A DNA stretch of 64,000 nt from assembly GCA_965203885.1 (NCBI GenBank), contig OZ241920.1, positions 3,073,476-3,137,475 of the forward strand, in the 5' to 3' direction. A program made the translations under genes and the position numbers. Origin of the DNA: a bacterium (GTDB lineage: Bacteria; JAAXHH01). Every line of letters starts with the position of its first letter. Within the stretch, counting starts at the first letter, position 1. Below, piece by piece: positions 20,762 through 30,801 of this stretch. The notes under the pieces are model-generated. The model saw only the letters and a list, made by a program, of their open reading frames with translations, searched no databases and was not told the DNA's origin.

Positions 20762-21304
20762 TCATTTTCGAACGAGCGCCTGCCGGACCCGCTGGAGCTG
20801 GGTCGCCAGGCTGCTGTCGAATACCTGGTCGCCTACGCGAACCACGAACCCTCCGATCAAATCCCGGTCCACGGCGGTCCTCATGCGGACACGCTTGCCC
20901 GTCTGCGCCTCGAGTCCTGTTTTCAGGTCGCGCTCCTGCCCTTCGGAAAGCGCCACCGCGCTCGTCACGTCCGCGTTGACCACCCCGTCCCATTCGTCCA
21001 GGATGTCCCGGCAGGCTTCCAGGATCTCCGGAAGAAGGCGCGCCCGCCGCCGGGAAGCCAGCAGGTAGAGGAAATTGAGGGTGATGTCCTGGACCTTGCC
21101 TTCGAACAGCTCGCCCAGGATGCGCTGCTTCACGTCGCCCGGGATGACCTTGTCCGTGATGAAATCCACGAAGGGTCCGGAGTCCCGGCACAGCCGCTCG
21201 AACGCCGCGATTTCGCCGCGGGCCGTATCCAGCGTCCCCACTTCCGACGCGGCTTCCAGCCACGCGCCCGCGTACCTTTGTGCGATGTCTTTCGTACTGG
21301 CCAT
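20762..21304 (-). CDS. atpH: F1 ATP synthase delta subunit (OSCP)
   Basis: Position between atpF and atpA; OSCP-like sequence. Confidence 0.85.
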   Translation of the reverse strand: MASTKDIAQRYAGAWLEAASEVGTLDTARGEIAAFERLCRDSGPFVDFITDKVIPGDVKQRILGELFEGKVQDITLNFLYLLASRRRARLLPEILEACRDILDEWDGVVNADVTSAVALSEGQERDLKTGLEAQTGKRVRMRTAVDRDLIGGFVVRVGDQVFDSSLATQLQRVRQALVRK

Positions 21305-21313
21305 GGCTGCCCG

Positions 21314-21823
21314 CTATTCCTTCTCAGAGGGGATCTGCGCGATGAACTCGTCCACGACTTTCCGGTGCTCGGCCGCGTCCAGCGTGCTGTTCAGGACCCG
21401 GCCGGCGATCTCCACCGCCAGGTCGCCCACCTGCGCCCGCAGTTCGGCCACGGCGAGTTCCTTCTCGCGCCGGATCGTGTTCCGCGCTTTCTCGAGCTCG
21501 CGCTCCGCGTCCCGCTGGGTCTCCTCGAGGATCCGGCCGCGCTCCGCGTTGGCCTGGTCGACCGCGGCATGCATCTTCTCGCGGGCCTCGGCCTCGATTT
21601 CGTCGAGCCGCCGCCGGGCTTCTTCGTGGAGACGGTCCAGCTCCGCCCGGTCCGCGTCCAGTCCTTCCTGGCGGTCGCGGATATCCCGTTTCCTGTCCTC
21701 GATGGCCTGGGCGATTATGCCGAAAACGTACTTCTTCAGGACGAAGAACAGGATGGCGAACCCGATCATCTGGATGATCAGGGTGCTCAGGTCAATGCCA
21801 AGATCGTGCAGTATGTCTAACAC
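21314..21823 (-). CDS. atpF: Fo ATP synthase subunit b
   Basis: N-terminal TM helix plus long charged coiled coil. Confidence 0.85.
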   Translation of the reverse strand: MLDILHDLGIDLSTLIIQMIGFAILFFVLKKYVFGIIAQAIEDRKRDIRDRQEGLDADRAELDRLHEEARRRLDEIEAEAREKMHAAVDQANAERGRILEETQRDAERELEKARNTIRREKELAVAELRAQVGDLAVEIAGRVLNSTLDAAEHRKVVDEFIAQIPSEKE

Positions 21824-21889
21824 GCGCTATGCTCCTTCGAACGCCGGCGCCACGCTCCAGGGGGGCGTGCGCCGCAAGCCGCTCGTCTT

Positions 21890-22162
21890 CTACTGGGCGA
21901 GGCGGGTCAGTTCCATGACCTGCTCGAAGGAAGGCAACTGTCCCTGGAGCATGAAGAACACCAGCAGGCCGTAGATCGCCAGCGACTCCATGAAGGCCAG
22001 GCCGATGATCAACACCAGCTGAATGCGGCCGGCGGATTCGGGTTGACGTGAAATGCCCTGGCAGGCCAGGCCGGTGGCGATGCCCTGTCCAACGCCGGAA
22101 CCGATTGCCGCAACCGAAACGGCAAGGGCTACGCCAAGTCCTAAACCCATGTAGTACAGCAT
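21890..22162 (-). CDS. atpE: Fo ATP synthase subunit c
   Basis: Two-helix hairpin, '[20 protein letters not shown]' Gly-rich helix, acidic residue (Glu) in helix 2. Confidence 0.9.
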   Translation of the reverse strand: MLYYMGLGLGVALAVSVAAIGSGVGQGIATGLACQGISRQPESAGRIQLVLIIGLAFMESLAIYGLLVFFMLQGQLPSFEQVMELTRLAQ

Positions 22163-22276
22163 GAAAAAGGCTCCTTTCGGAATGGAGATTGAATTACGAC
22201 TGCATCATAACGTCGATTGCAAAACGTCGATTACATAACGTCGATTACACACAAACTGTACTCATCAAACGGCCCG

Positions 22277-23089
22277 TCAGTGGTCTTCCTCCCCGTGGTC
22301 GTGATCCAGGAACTGGGCCACGTACACGGCGCTGAGCACCGAGAAGATCATCGCCTGGACCGTCCCTGAAAACACGCCGAACATCAACATCGGAACCTGC
22401 ATCGGCACGAAGGGCACCTCGAGGGCGCCGATAAGAAACACCGGGGACAGACCCAGCAGCACCAGTACGATCATCTCTTCTCCGAACACGTTTCCGAAGA
22501 GGCGGATCGACAGGGAGATGACCTTGGCGAACTCGCCGACGATATGAAGCGGGCACATGAGCACGCCCATCCACTTGGGTTCGCCCCAGAAATGCCAGAG
22601 ATAGGCCTTGAGCCCGATCTCGCGCAGGCCGATGAGATGGGCCGCCACGATGGAGATGAGCGCGAACCCGAGCGTGGTGTTGAGATCGGCGGTGGGCGAC
22701 TGCATGCCGGGTATGACGCCCAGCATGTTCATGAACCAGATGTAGATGAAGAAGGAGGCGAAAAAGGGTATATACTTCCTGCCGCGCTCTCCGACGATGT
22801 TGAGGAAGAATCCCGTCAGTCCCTCGACGGCCATTTCGAATAGCGCCTGGACCGAGCCTTCGGGAATGCGCTTGAACGTTCTTACCGCGATGGTAACGAG
22901 AACGAGGATGATTGCGAAGACGAGCAGGGTGTTCAGCAGGAGATCCGGCTGCCGGACGGGTTTGGGGATCCATTCGGCCAGCGGACCCAGCAAGTAGAAT
23001 AACCCATGTAGAATCGAGTAGTGCGCTTCACCGCTTCCTCCCTCAGACGCCATCTCCAGAGAGAGGACACTCGACCACGGAGTAGTCAA
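22277..23089 (-). CDS. atpB: Fo ATP synthase subunit a
   Basis: 'LSIRLFGN' conserved Arg region of subunit a; five to six TM helices. Confidence 0.9.
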   Translation of the reverse strand: MTTPWSSVLSLEMASEGGSGEAHYSILHGLFYLLGPLAEWIPKPVRQPDLLLNTLLVFAIILVLVTIAVRTFKRIPEGSVQALFEMAVEGLTGFFLNIVGERGRKYIPFFASFFIYIWFMNMLGVIPGMQSPTADLNTTLGFALISIVAAHLIGLREIGLKAYLWHFWGEPKWMGVLMCPLHIVGEFAKVISLSIRLFGNVFGEEMIVLVLLGLSPVFLIGALEVPFVPMQVPMLMFGVFSGTVQAMIFSVLSAVYVAQFLDHDHGEEDH

Positions 23090-23113
23090 AGGATTACCTC
23101 CTTGCCGAAGGGA

Positions 23114-23563
23114 TTACTTCGGCTTGTCCAGTACGGCGGTCCAGTCGGCCCGCCCATCTCCCGGACCCTGCCTCGCGAGCAGGATCAGTCCGCACAGGGT
23201 CACCGTGAAGGGGACCAGGGATACGCCCGTCAAAAGCCCGATCGGGTGGAACCATTCGCTCGAAGTCACGAAATACAACACGATCCCCAGCAGCGGCAGC
23301 TTGGCCATCAGCAGCAGGAACAGCCGGTTGCGGTTCCGCTTGACGCGCGCGCCGGGCGTCACGTAACGGCGGACCAGCCAGGCCGTGATATACAGCATCG
23401 TCAGCCCGGTCATCGATCCGACGAAGAAATTGACGGCGAGCAGGTCCGCGCCCGCCACCCGCGCCGCGACGGCGCCGACCACGGTCAGCACGGCGCTGAC
23501 CCGGTAGACCCGCGGCAGGAACCGCCTCAGCGGTTCGCCGTCATGTTCCGTCGTTCGCCCCAT
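23114..23563 (-). CDS. atpI: ATP synthase protein I-like small membrane protein
   Basis: Four hydrophobic helices; sits between atpZ-like ORF and atpB; family assignment from position. Confidence 0.5.
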   Translation of the reverse strand: MGRTTEHDGEPLRRFLPRVYRVSAVLTVVGAVAARVAGADLLAVNFFVGSMTGLTMLYITAWLVRRYVTPGARVKRNRNRLFLLLMAKLPLLGIVLYFVTSSEWFHPIGLLTGVSLVPFTVTLCGLILLARQGPGDGRADWTAVLDKPK

Positions 23564-23816
23564 CTCTCTCCCGTTCCGCCGCTTCCAGCTTTCTGTTCAG
23601 GCGTTTCAGCGTCCTCGCCATCTCGAGGAACCCGGCCACGACGCCGAGCATGGCGCCGACGACGCCGCCCCAGGGGGCCCACTCAGGCCAGGCCAGCTCG
23701 ACCTGGTGACCCAGAAAGTATCCTATCGCCGTGGCGAAGACCAGGGTCAGGCCGATCACGGCGAGTTCGCCGGCTTCCCTCATGTACTGCCATCGGCCCT
23801 GCGTGTTCCGTGTCAT
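23541..23816 (-). CDS. atpZ: AtpZ/AtpQ-like small membrane protein preceding the atp operon
   Basis: 91 aa, two TM helices, basic C-terminus; first gene of the atp operon as in many bacteria. Confidence 0.5.
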   Translation of the reverse strand: MTRNTQGRWQYMREAGELAVIGLTLVFATAIGYFLGHQVELAWPEWAPWGGVVGAMLGVVAGFLEMARTLKRLNRKLEAAERERDGANDGT

Positions 23817-23822
23817 AGACCA

Positions 23823-24434
23823 TCAGTCGACGCTCGATCGGTATGGAGATCCATGCGTGCGGCCGCCTTCGCCTGCGCCTCCACCGCTTCCACCTGCGCC
23901 TGCGCCGCTTCCGCCTGCGCCGCTTCCGCCTGCGCCGCTTCCGCCTGCGCCGCTTCCGCCTGTGCCTGCGCCGCTACCGCCTCGATCGCTTCCGCCTGCG
24001 CCGCTTCCGCCTGCGCCTGTGCCTGTGCCTGTGCCGCTACCGCCTGCGCCTGCGCCTGTGCCAGTGCCGCTACCGCCTGCGCCGCTTCCGCCTGTGCCGC
24101 TCTCGCGGCCGTCGCCGCCGTACTCTTCCGCCATGGACGAATTCCCGTGGAAGACCGCCCCTTCCTCGATGACGAGGGACTTGGTCTTCAGGTCGCCGAC
24201 CAGGGTGGACTTGCCGCCCAGGAGCACGTGTTGCGATACGGTCAGGTGGCTCTCCACGTAGCCGTGGATGACCGCGGTCTTGGACGATATCGCCGATCCC
24301 ACGATCCGGCCGGACTTGCCGACCTCGACCCCTTCGGTGGCTCTCACGTCGCCGATCACGGTGCCGTCGACCCGGATATTGCCCTCCACGTCCATCGAAC
24401 CGTTCACTTCAGCGCCTTTGGCAATGATCGTCAT
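23823..24434 (-). CDS. bactofilin (DUF583) cytoskeletal protein with long Gly/Ser/Ala/Thr-rich C-terminal tail
   Basis: Core 'GSMDVEGNIRVDGTVIGDVRATEGVEVGKSGRIVGSAISSKTAVIHGYVESHLTV...GDLKTKSLVIEEGAVFHGN' is a typical bactofilin beta-helix; tail encoded by GGSGAGG-type repeats (23860-24120). Confidence 0.8.
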   Translation of the reverse strand: MTIIAKGAEVNGSMDVEGNIRVDGTVIGDVRATEGVEVGKSGRIVGSAISSKTAVIHGYVESHLTVSQHVLLGGKSTLVGDLKTKSLVIEEGAVFHGNSSMAEEYGGDGRESGTGGSGAGGSGTGTGAGAGGSGTGTGTGAGGSGAGGSDRGGSGAGTGGSGAGGSGAGGSGAGGSGAGAGGSGGGAGEGGRTHGSPYRSSVD

Positions 24435-24477
24435 ACCGCGCTCCCGATGTCGTCCCGCGCCCGATGACCCGGGCATG

Positions 24478-25392
24478 TCAGCGATTCGCGCCCATGCTCA
24501 GCAGCAGATCGTCCCAGTGGATGACCTCGGGCAGGTAGCCGCGAGGATCGACGGGGACGTTGTCTTTCAGGACTTCGTAATGCAGATGCGGCGCCGTACT
24601 GCGGCCCGTATTCCCGACCAGGGCGATGATCTGCCCGCGGCGGACCGACTGGCCGCGGTCGACCCGCAGCAGCGCGTTGTGGCCGTAACGCGTCGAAATA
24701 TCGTATCCGTGATCGATCTCGACCAGCCAGCCCAGGTCCTGGTCCCAGTCCGCGAACGTCACGGTCCCATCGGCGGTGGACATGACCGGCGCGCTTTCGC
24801 GGGCGGCGACGTCCAGGCCGTAATGCGTCCCGGCGATGGGATCGTCCCCGTGATGGAACTCCCGCGTAACCCAGCCCGCGACGGGCCATATGGACGGCAC
24901 GTACCGCAACAGCGCCGCGCGCTCCCCGGCGGCGGCTTCCACCCTCGCGGGGAGGCCGTCATCGGTCAGAAAGGGCAACCCGTCCCGGCGGGCGGCCAGG
25001 AGGCCGTAGGCTTCGTCCACGCCCGCCGGCGACTCGGAATCGAACCGCTCGACGCCCGCCAGCCTGCGTATCGACCTGTGGGTCTCCTTCAGTGCCTCCA
25101 GCTCCCGGGTCAGTTCCATGGTCTTTTCCTCTACCGACCGCATCTGCGCCTGCCAGGAATATCCGAAAGAAACGTCGGCGATTCCGGCCGGCAGGGCCAG
25201 GATGATCACCGGCGCGACCAGGGCCAGTCCCACCACCACGACGAGCGCGCCGAACAGGAATCTCGGCATGCGAATCTCATGCGCCCGTCCCGATCGGTCG
25301 GAGACGAAAACCACTGTCATCCAGTGTATTCTGGACATGGCCGACACCGCCTCGGATACGTACCTTCGTCCCCGTTCCGCCGCGCCTCGCAA
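24478..25392 (-). CDS. M23 family (LytM-like) metallopeptidase, membrane-anchored
   Basis: 'THYGLDVAA' (HxxxD) and 'TAPHLHYEV' (HxH) M23 motifs; N-terminal TM helix; coiled-coil segment; true start may be internal (e.g. 25269). Confidence 0.8.
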   Translation of the reverse strand: MRGAAERGRRYVSEAVSAMSRIHWMTVVFVSDRSGRAHEIRMPRFLFGALVVVVGLALVAPVIILALPAGIADVSFGYSWQAQMRSVEEKTMELTRELEALKETHRSIRRLAGVERFDSESPAGVDEAYGLLAARRDGLPFLTDDGLPARVEAAAGERAALLRYVPSIWPVAGWVTREFHHGDDPIAGTHYGLDVAARESAPVMSTADGTVTFADWDQDLGWLVEIDHGYDISTRYGHNALLRVDRGQSVRRGQIIALVGNTGRSTAPHLHYEVLKDNVPVDPRGYLPEVIHWDDLLLSMGANR

Positions 25393-25502
25393 CGGAATCG
25401 GCGCGACGGCATAAATATAGGCCGCCGGCCCGAAATGTCAAAGAATATCGATAAAATAAAGGGGCTGAACGGGCGAGGGGCGCAAACGGGGTTCGGCGGG
25501 TT

Positions 25503-26363
25503 TCACAGACGGACTTTCAGCAGTTCGAGGATACGGTTCAGATCGTCCGTGGAATAGAACTCGATTTCGATCTTCCCCTTGTGCTGCCTGCGATTGATGT
25601 TCACCTTCGTCCCGAGTATGCGCTGCATGACGGACTCGGCGGCCGCGAGGTCGTGGGGCTTGCGCGCCGGGGCGCTTTCCCGCTTCTCCTCGTAGCGTTT
25701 CTTGACCAGCTCTTCCACCTTGCGCACCGACAGGCCCTTCCTGACGACCTGCTTGCACAACTCGGCCTGTTCCGCGCGGTTTTCGAGTCCCAGCAGCGCC
25801 CGCGCGTGGCCCATGGTGATCTCATCGGCCAGGAGGCACTTCTGGACTTCGGCCGGCAGCTTCAACAGCCGGAGCGTGTTGGCCACCGTCGTCCTGTTCT
25901 TGCCCACGCGGGTGGCGACCTCTTCCTGCGTGAGGTGGCATTCCTCCTGCAGCCGGAGGTATGCCCGGGCTTCGTGGATCGGGTTCAGGTCGTCCCGCTG
26001 GATGTTCTCGATCAGCGACAGTTCCATCATCTCTTCGGGCGACGAGACCGCCATGACGATGGCCGGTATGGTCTGGTAGCCCGTCTGGCGAGCGGCCCGG
26101 AGCCTCCGCTCGCCGGCGATGAGTTCGTATTCCCCCTGCCCGTCCTTCCGCCGGACGGTAACCGGCTGGATCACGCCCTTTTCGAGAATGGACCGGGCCA
26201 GTTCATCGAGCCGGGCCTGGTCGAAGGACTGCCGCGGCTGGTAGGGGTTGGCCGAAATGCGGTCTATCGGCACCTGGAGCACGCTCTGCCGGCCTTCCTG
26301 ATCTTCCGGAAGATCAGGAATCAGCGCTTCCAGCCCCCGTCCCAGCGCTTTCCTGGCTGCCAT
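25503..26363 (-). CDS. parB: chromosome partitioning protein ParB
   Basis: 'KALGRGLEALIP' N-terminus, 'IAGERRLRAARQTGYQTIPAIV' ParB box; its start overlaps the parA 3' end by ~50 bp. Confidence 0.9.
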   Translation of the reverse strand: MAARKALGRGLEALIPDLPEDQEGRQSVLQVPIDRISANPYQPRQSFDQARLDELARSILEKGVIQPVTVRRKDGQGEYELIAGERRLRAARQTGYQTIPAIVMAVSSPEEMMELSLIENIQRDDLNPIHEARAYLRLQEECHLTQEEVATRVGKNRTTVANTLRLLKLPAEVQKCLLADEITMGHARALLGLENRAEQAELCKQVVRKGLSVRKVEELVKKRYEEKRESAPARKPHDLAAAESVMQRILGTKVNINRRQHKGKIEIEFYSTDDLNRILELLKVRL

Positions 26364-27120
26364 TTGCAATCACCTCTCTGGCTAGATTCATGTAGCTTTC
26401 CGCTCCCGACGAGAGAATATCGTAGAGGATGATCGGACTGCCGAAGCTCGGCGCTTCGCTCAGCCGGACGTTCCTCGGGATCGTCGTCTGGTAGACTTTG
26501 TCCGCGAAGTACTGCTTGGCTTCCACCTCGATCTGCCGTGAGAGATTGAGCCGCTTGTCGTACATCGTCAGGAGGATGCCTTCGATCTTCAGGTTGCGGT
26601 TCAGGTGCTTCTGGATCTTCCGGATCGAATTGAGGAGCTGCCCGAGTCCCTCGAGGGCGTAATACTCGCACTGAATGGGTATCAACACCGAGTCGGCCGC
26701 CGTGAGGGCGTTCAGTGTGAGCAGGCTCAGGGAGGGCGGGCAGTCGATCAGGATGTATTCGTACTCGTCGCGTATGGGCTTGATCGCCTCTTCCAGCTTC
26801 CGCTCCCGGGCGATGGCCGATACGAGCTCGATCTCGGCGCCCACCAGCCGCCGGTGGGCCGGAACGGCGTGCAGCGCGGGGATCTCGGTCTGCTGGACGG
26901 CGTCCCCGATGTCCCGTTCTTCCAGCAGGACCTCGTAGATCGTCACGTCCAGCGTCCGGTCCTGCAGCCCGAGCCCGGACGTGGCGTTCGACTGCGGGTC
27001 CAGGTCGACCAGCAGCGTCTTCTTTTCCTCGACGCCCAGGCAGGCGGACAGGTTGACGGACGTCGTCGTCTTGCCCACCCCGCCCTTCTGATTCGCGATC
27101 GAAATGACCTTGCCCATCAA
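26314..27120 (-). CDS. parA: chromosome partitioning ATPase ParA/Soj
   Basis: 'KGGVGKTTTSVNL' deviant Walker A. Confidence 0.92.
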   Translation of the reverse strand: MMGKVISIANQKGGVGKTTTSVNLSACLGVEEKKTLLVDLDPQSNATSGLGLQDRTLDVTIYEVLLEERDIGDAVQQTEIPALHAVPAHRRLVGAEIELVSAIARERKLEEAIKPIRDEYEYILIDCPPSLSLLTLNALTAADSVLIPIQCEYYALEGLGQLLNSIRKIQKHLNRNLKIEGILLTMYDKRLNLSRQIEVEAKQYFADKVYQTTIPRNVRLSEAPSFGSPIILYDILSSGAESYMNLAREVIANGSQESAGTGAGSADS

Positions 27121-27148
27121 TTACCCACCGTCACTTTAAAAACGCAAA

Positions 27149-27640
27149 TTACCCGCCGCCAGCGGAACGGATCAATACCACGGCGTGGGCCGCGATACCT
27201 TCTTCCCGTCCCGTGAATCCGAGTCTCTCTGAAGTTGTGGCTTTGATCGACACGCGGTCGTCCGGCAGTCCGAGGGCTTCGCCGACCCGGCGGCGCATGA
27301 GCGGCACGAAGGGCGACAGTTTCGGACGTTCCGCGACGACGGTGGCGTCCACATTCGATACAGTATAACCCGATTCGCCCAGCGCGTCAACAATCCGTTG
27401 GAGCAGGACGAGGCTCGAAATACCGCGGTATTGCTCGTCGTCATCGGGGAAGTGATTCCCGATATCGCCCAGCGCGGCGGCGCCCAGGATGGCGTCGCCG
27501 ATAGCGTGGGAAAGCACGTCCGCGTCCGAGTGGCCCTGCAGCCCGCGCTCATGGGGAATGGTCACGCCGCCCAGTACGCAGGGCCTGCCGTCCGCGAAGG
27601 CGTGGACGTCGTAGCCGGTTCCTACGCGCATGTCATCCAT
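27149..27640 (-). CDS. ispF: 2-C-methyl-D-erythritol 2,4-cyclodiphosphate synthase
   Basis: 'RVGTGYDVHAF...GHSDADVLSHAI' canonical IspF. Confidence 0.92.
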   Translation of the reverse strand: MDDMRVGTGYDVHAFADGRPCVLGGVTIPHERGLQGHSDADVLSHAIGDAILGAAALGDIGNHFPDDDEQYRGISSLVLLQRIVDALGESGYTVSNVDATVVAERPKLSPFVPLMRRRVGEALGLPDDRVSIKATTSERLGFTGREEGIAAHAVVLIRSAGGG

Positions 27641-27732
27641 ATTCGATGGCCTCTTTCGCAGGTTGCGCCGGTTGCCGATTGCGCATCTTTCGTCGGTTGC
27701 GCCGGTTGCGACACCGGCGAGCTCTCGCGCGG

Positions 27733-28497
27733 TCAGATCCGACCCTGCCGCCGCAGGATGCGCTCCGCGACTTCCAGGTCCTCGGCCGTGGTCACCTTGA
27801 TGTTGTCGGGAGCGCCTTCCAGGACCCGCACCACGTATCCGGCCCGTTCCACCAGTTCGGCGTCGTCGGTCCCCACGTAGCCCTCTTCGCGGGCCCGTTC
27901 ATGGGCGGTCCGGAGGATCCCGTACGCGAACGTCTGGGGCGTCTGCGCCCGCCAGAGCGACGACCGGTCCGCCGTCGCCTCCACCACGCCGTCGCGGATG
28001 ATCTTCATGGTATCCGTGGACGGGGTCGCCGAGATCACGGCGCCGTGCCGGGCACCTCCCTGGATGGACGCTTCGAGCGCACCCTGCTCGACGCAGGGCC
28101 GCGCCGCGTCATGAATCAGCACGGACGCGGTGTCTTCGTCAAGGGCCATCAGGCCGCGGTAGACCGACTCCTGGCGCGTGCTCCCGCCGGCGACCACCTC
28201 GGCAAGCTTCGGAAAGGCATCCGAAGAGGCGTCGCCCGGTCCGCCCGGGACGCCCGGGTCGTCCGGTTCTCCCGGTTCGGCCAGTCTACTTGGTCCGGCC
28301 AGAAGCGCCCGGCAGGACGCCACCCGGGACGGCTCCACCACCAGCACGTATCCCTCCACGGCCGGACACGCCTCGAAAACCGAGAGGGTGTGAGCCAGGA
28401 TCGACCTGCCGCCGATCGTAATGAATGGTTTCTCCTCATCCGACCGCATGCGCAGGCCAAGCCCGGCCGCGGGGATGATGCCCATCACGGAATGCAC
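27733..28497 (-). CDS. ispD: 2-C-methyl-D-erythritol 4-phosphate cytidylyltransferase, with a ~26-aa Pro/Gly/Asp-rich insertion
   Basis: 'IIPAAGLGLRM' N-terminus, 'VLIHDAARP', 'TFAYGIL'; insertion 'PSRLAEPGEPDDPGVPGGPGDASSDA'. Confidence 0.85.
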   Translation of the reverse strand: MHSVMGIIPAAGLGLRMRSDEEKPFITIGGRSILAHTLSVFEACPAVEGYVLVVEPSRVASCRALLAGPSRLAEPGEPDDPGVPGGPGDASSDAFPKLAEVVAGGSTRQESVYRGLMALDEDTASVLIHDAARPCVEQGALEASIQGGARHGAVISATPSTDTMKIIRDGVVEATADRSSLWRAQTPQTFAYGILRTAHERAREEGYVGTDDAELVERAGYVVRVLEGAPDNIKVTTAEDLEVAERILRRQGRI

Positions 28498-28510
28498 GGC
28501 TCCGTCCTCC

Positions 28511-29770
28511 TCAGACGATCAGCATGGCGTCGCCATAGCTGTAGAACCGGTATCTCTCCCTGACCGCTTCCTCGTAAGCGGAAAGGATCAGCTCCCTTCC
28601 CGCGAAGGCGCTCACCAGCAGCAGGAGCGTCGACTTCGGGAGATGGAAATTGGTCAGCAGCGCGTCGACGAGCCGGAATTCGAAAGGGGGATAGATGAAA
28701 CACCGGGTGCGGCCCTCGTACCGGCGCGGTTCGAGTACGGGACCGGCCGGTCCGGCGCCACGAGGCGCTCCATCGGCGCCACCGGCCGCGATGGTCTCAA
28801 GTGCGCGCACGGTCGTGGTCCCCACGGCGACCACGCGCCCCCTGCTCCGCCTTCCCAGAATCGCTTCCGCTTCGTGGGCCTCCATGCGGTAGTATTCCGC
28901 GTCCATTTCGTGGTCCTCCACGGCATCGGAACGGATGGGCTGGAACGTGCCCGGTCCGACGTGGAGCAGGACCGGCACCACGGCCGTGCCCCGCGACCGG
29001 ATGCGGTCCAGCAGGGGCGCCGTGAAATGCAGTCCGGCCGTGGGCGCGGCCACGGCGCCGTATTCCTCCGCGTAGACCGTCTGGTAACGGTCCCGGTCGG
29101 ACGCGTCCGGATCGCGGCGAATGTAGGGGGGCAGCGGCGTGCGGCCCACCCGCTCGATGACCCGGAAAACTTCCGCGTCCCCCTCGAAACGGACCTGTCG
29201 TATATCCGGACCGGGCTCGTCCTCCACGACGGCGGCCAGCGCGCCGTCCTCCAGTTCGATGCGCGTCCCCCTGGCGAGCCGTGCGCCCGGCTTCAGCAGC
29301 GCTTCCCAGCGGGCGGGCGACGCCTCGTCCACCGGCCCTGTTTCGCCGACCGGCCCTGCGTCGTCCACCGGCGCCGCTTCGCCCGCCGATCCTGCCTCGT
29401 CGACCGGGCGGACCAGCACGACTTCGACCTTCCCGCCGGTTTCCGGCCGCGTGCCCAGCAGCCTGGCCGGCATCACCCGCGTCCGGTTGAGCACCAGCGT
29501 GTCGGCCGGGGCCAGGTAGTCCGCAATATCACGGAACGTCCGGTGTTCGATCGCCCCGCCGCGCCGGTGCACCACCATCAGCCGGGACGCGTCGCGGGGT
29601 TCGGCGGGGTACTGGGCGATCAGGTCTTCCGGCAGGGTATAGTCGTATTCGGCTAGATTCACGGATGATCGCAAGGTCTGCTGCGCGGAACGCTCCGGGC
29701 GGCCGTCACTCAAACGCTCCGGGCGGCCGCCATGCTCATATCGGCCGGGAACGCTCCGGACGGCCGTCAC
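28511..29770 (-). CDS. queA: S-adenosylmethionine:tRNA ribosyltransferase-isomerase (true start probably internal)
   Basis: '[29 protein letters not shown]', '[10 protein letters not shown]'; contains a Pro/Ala/Gly-rich low-complexity insertion. Confidence 0.85.
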   Translation of the reverse strand: MTAVRSVPGRYEHGGRPERLSDGRPERSAQQTLRSSVNLAEYDYTLPEDLIAQYPAEPRDASRLMVVHRRGGAIEHRTFRDIADYLAPADTLVLNRTRVMPARLLGTRPETGGKVEVVLVRPVDEAGSAGEAAPVDDAGPVGETGPVDEASPARWEALLKPGARLARGTRIELEDGALAAVVEDEPGPDIRQVRFEGDAEVFRVIERVGRTPLPPYIRRDPDASDRDRYQTVYAEEYGAVAAPTAGLHFTAPLLDRIRSRGTAVVPVLLHVGPGTFQPIRSDAVEDHEMDAEYYRMEAHEAEAILGRRSRGRVVAVGTTTVRALETIAAGGADGAPRGAGPAGPVLEPRRYEGRTRCFIYPPFEFRLVDALLTNFHLPKSTLLLLVSAFAGRELILSAYEEAVRERYRFYSYGDAMLIV

Positions 29771-30801
29771 TCGAACAGGCCGGCCTGCGGCTTCGTGTTC
29801 GCGGTGAACCCCAGGTGCCCGTACGCCAGCTCGGTGGCCACCCTGCCCCGGGGCGTGCGATTGATCAGGCCCTGGACGATGAGGTAGGGCTCGTACACCT
29901 CCTCGAGCGTTCCGCTCTCCTCGCCCACGGCCACGGCCAGCGTGTTCAGGCCCACGGGGCCGCCCGCGTATTTCTCGATGACGGTCGTGAGGATCAGCCG
30001 GTTCATGTCGTCCAGGCCCATGTGGTCCACGCCCAGCATTTCGAAGGCGGCCTTCGCGGTCTCCCCGTCGATGCGGCCGTCCCCCTTGACCTGGGCGTAG
30101 TCCCGCACCCGCTTCAGGTACCGGTTGGCGATGCGGGGCGTTCCCCGGGACCGCCGGGCGATCTCCATCGCTCCGCCGTCATCGGCCTCCACGCCGATGA
30201 TCTCGGCCGCCCGGTTGACGATCAGGAAGAGTTCCTCCGGCGTGTAGAAATCGAGTCGGATGGGGATGCCGAAACGCGCCAGGAGCGGCGCCGTCAGAAG
30301 GCCCGTGCGCGTCGTCGCGCCGACCAGGGTGAACCGGTCCAGGGTGAGGGACAGGGATCGGGCGCTCGGTCCCCGGTCCACCAGGATGTCGATCTTGAAA
30401 TCCTCCATGGCGGCGTACATGTGCTCTTCCACGACGTTGTTCAGCCGGTGGATCTCGTCGATGAAGAACACGTCTCCCGGCTGCAGGTTGGTCAGGAGTC
30501 CCGCCAGGTCGGCCGGCCGTTCCAGCACCGGTCCCGCGGTCTGCCGGATCTCCACGCCCATCTCATTGGCCAGAATGGTGGCCAGCGTGGTCTTGCCCAG
30601 TCCGGGCGGTCCGTGAAGCAGCACGTGGTCGATGTGGTTCTCGCCGCGGGTCTTCGCCGCCTCGATATACAGCTCCAGCTCCGCCTTGGCCTTTTCCTGG
30701 CCGGGGAATTCATCGAACCGGCCCGGCCTCAGCGCGCGGTCGAACTCCGTATCCTCGTCAAACCGGTCGGGGTCGGTCAACGGGTAGTCCCGCTCGTCCA
30801 T
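29767..30801 (-). CDS. ruvB: Holliday junction branch migration ATPase RuvB
   Basis: '[12 protein letters not shown]' Walker A, conserved RuvB. Confidence 0.95.
   Translation of the reverse strand: MDERDYPLTDPDRFDEDTEFDRALRPGRFDEFPGQEKAKAELELYIEAAKTRGENHIDHVLLHGPPGLGKTTLATILANEMGVEIRQTAGPVLERPADLAGLLTNLQPGDVFFIDEIHRLNNVVEEHMYAAMEDFKIDILVDRGPSARSLSLTLDRFTLVGATTRTGLLTAPLLARFGIPIRLDFYTPEELFLIVNRAAEIIGVEADDGGAMEIARRSRGTPRIANRYLKRVRDYAQVKGDGRIDGETAKAAFEMLGVDHMGLDDMNRLILTTVIEKYAGGPVGLNTLAVAVGEESGTLEEVYEPYLIVQGLINRTPRGRVATELAYGHLGFTANTKPQAGLFE

Noticed and set aside
19316-21820. 834-aa plus-strand ORF across atpA/atpH/atpF
   Set aside because: Antisense shadow of highly conserved ATP synthase genes on the minus strand.
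23860-24120. Highly regular short repeats (gccgcttccgcctgcgcc-like) resembling a repeat array
   Set aside because: They are in frame within the bactofilin gene and encode its Gly/Ser/Ala tail; a coding low-complexity region, not a CRISPR or non-coding array.
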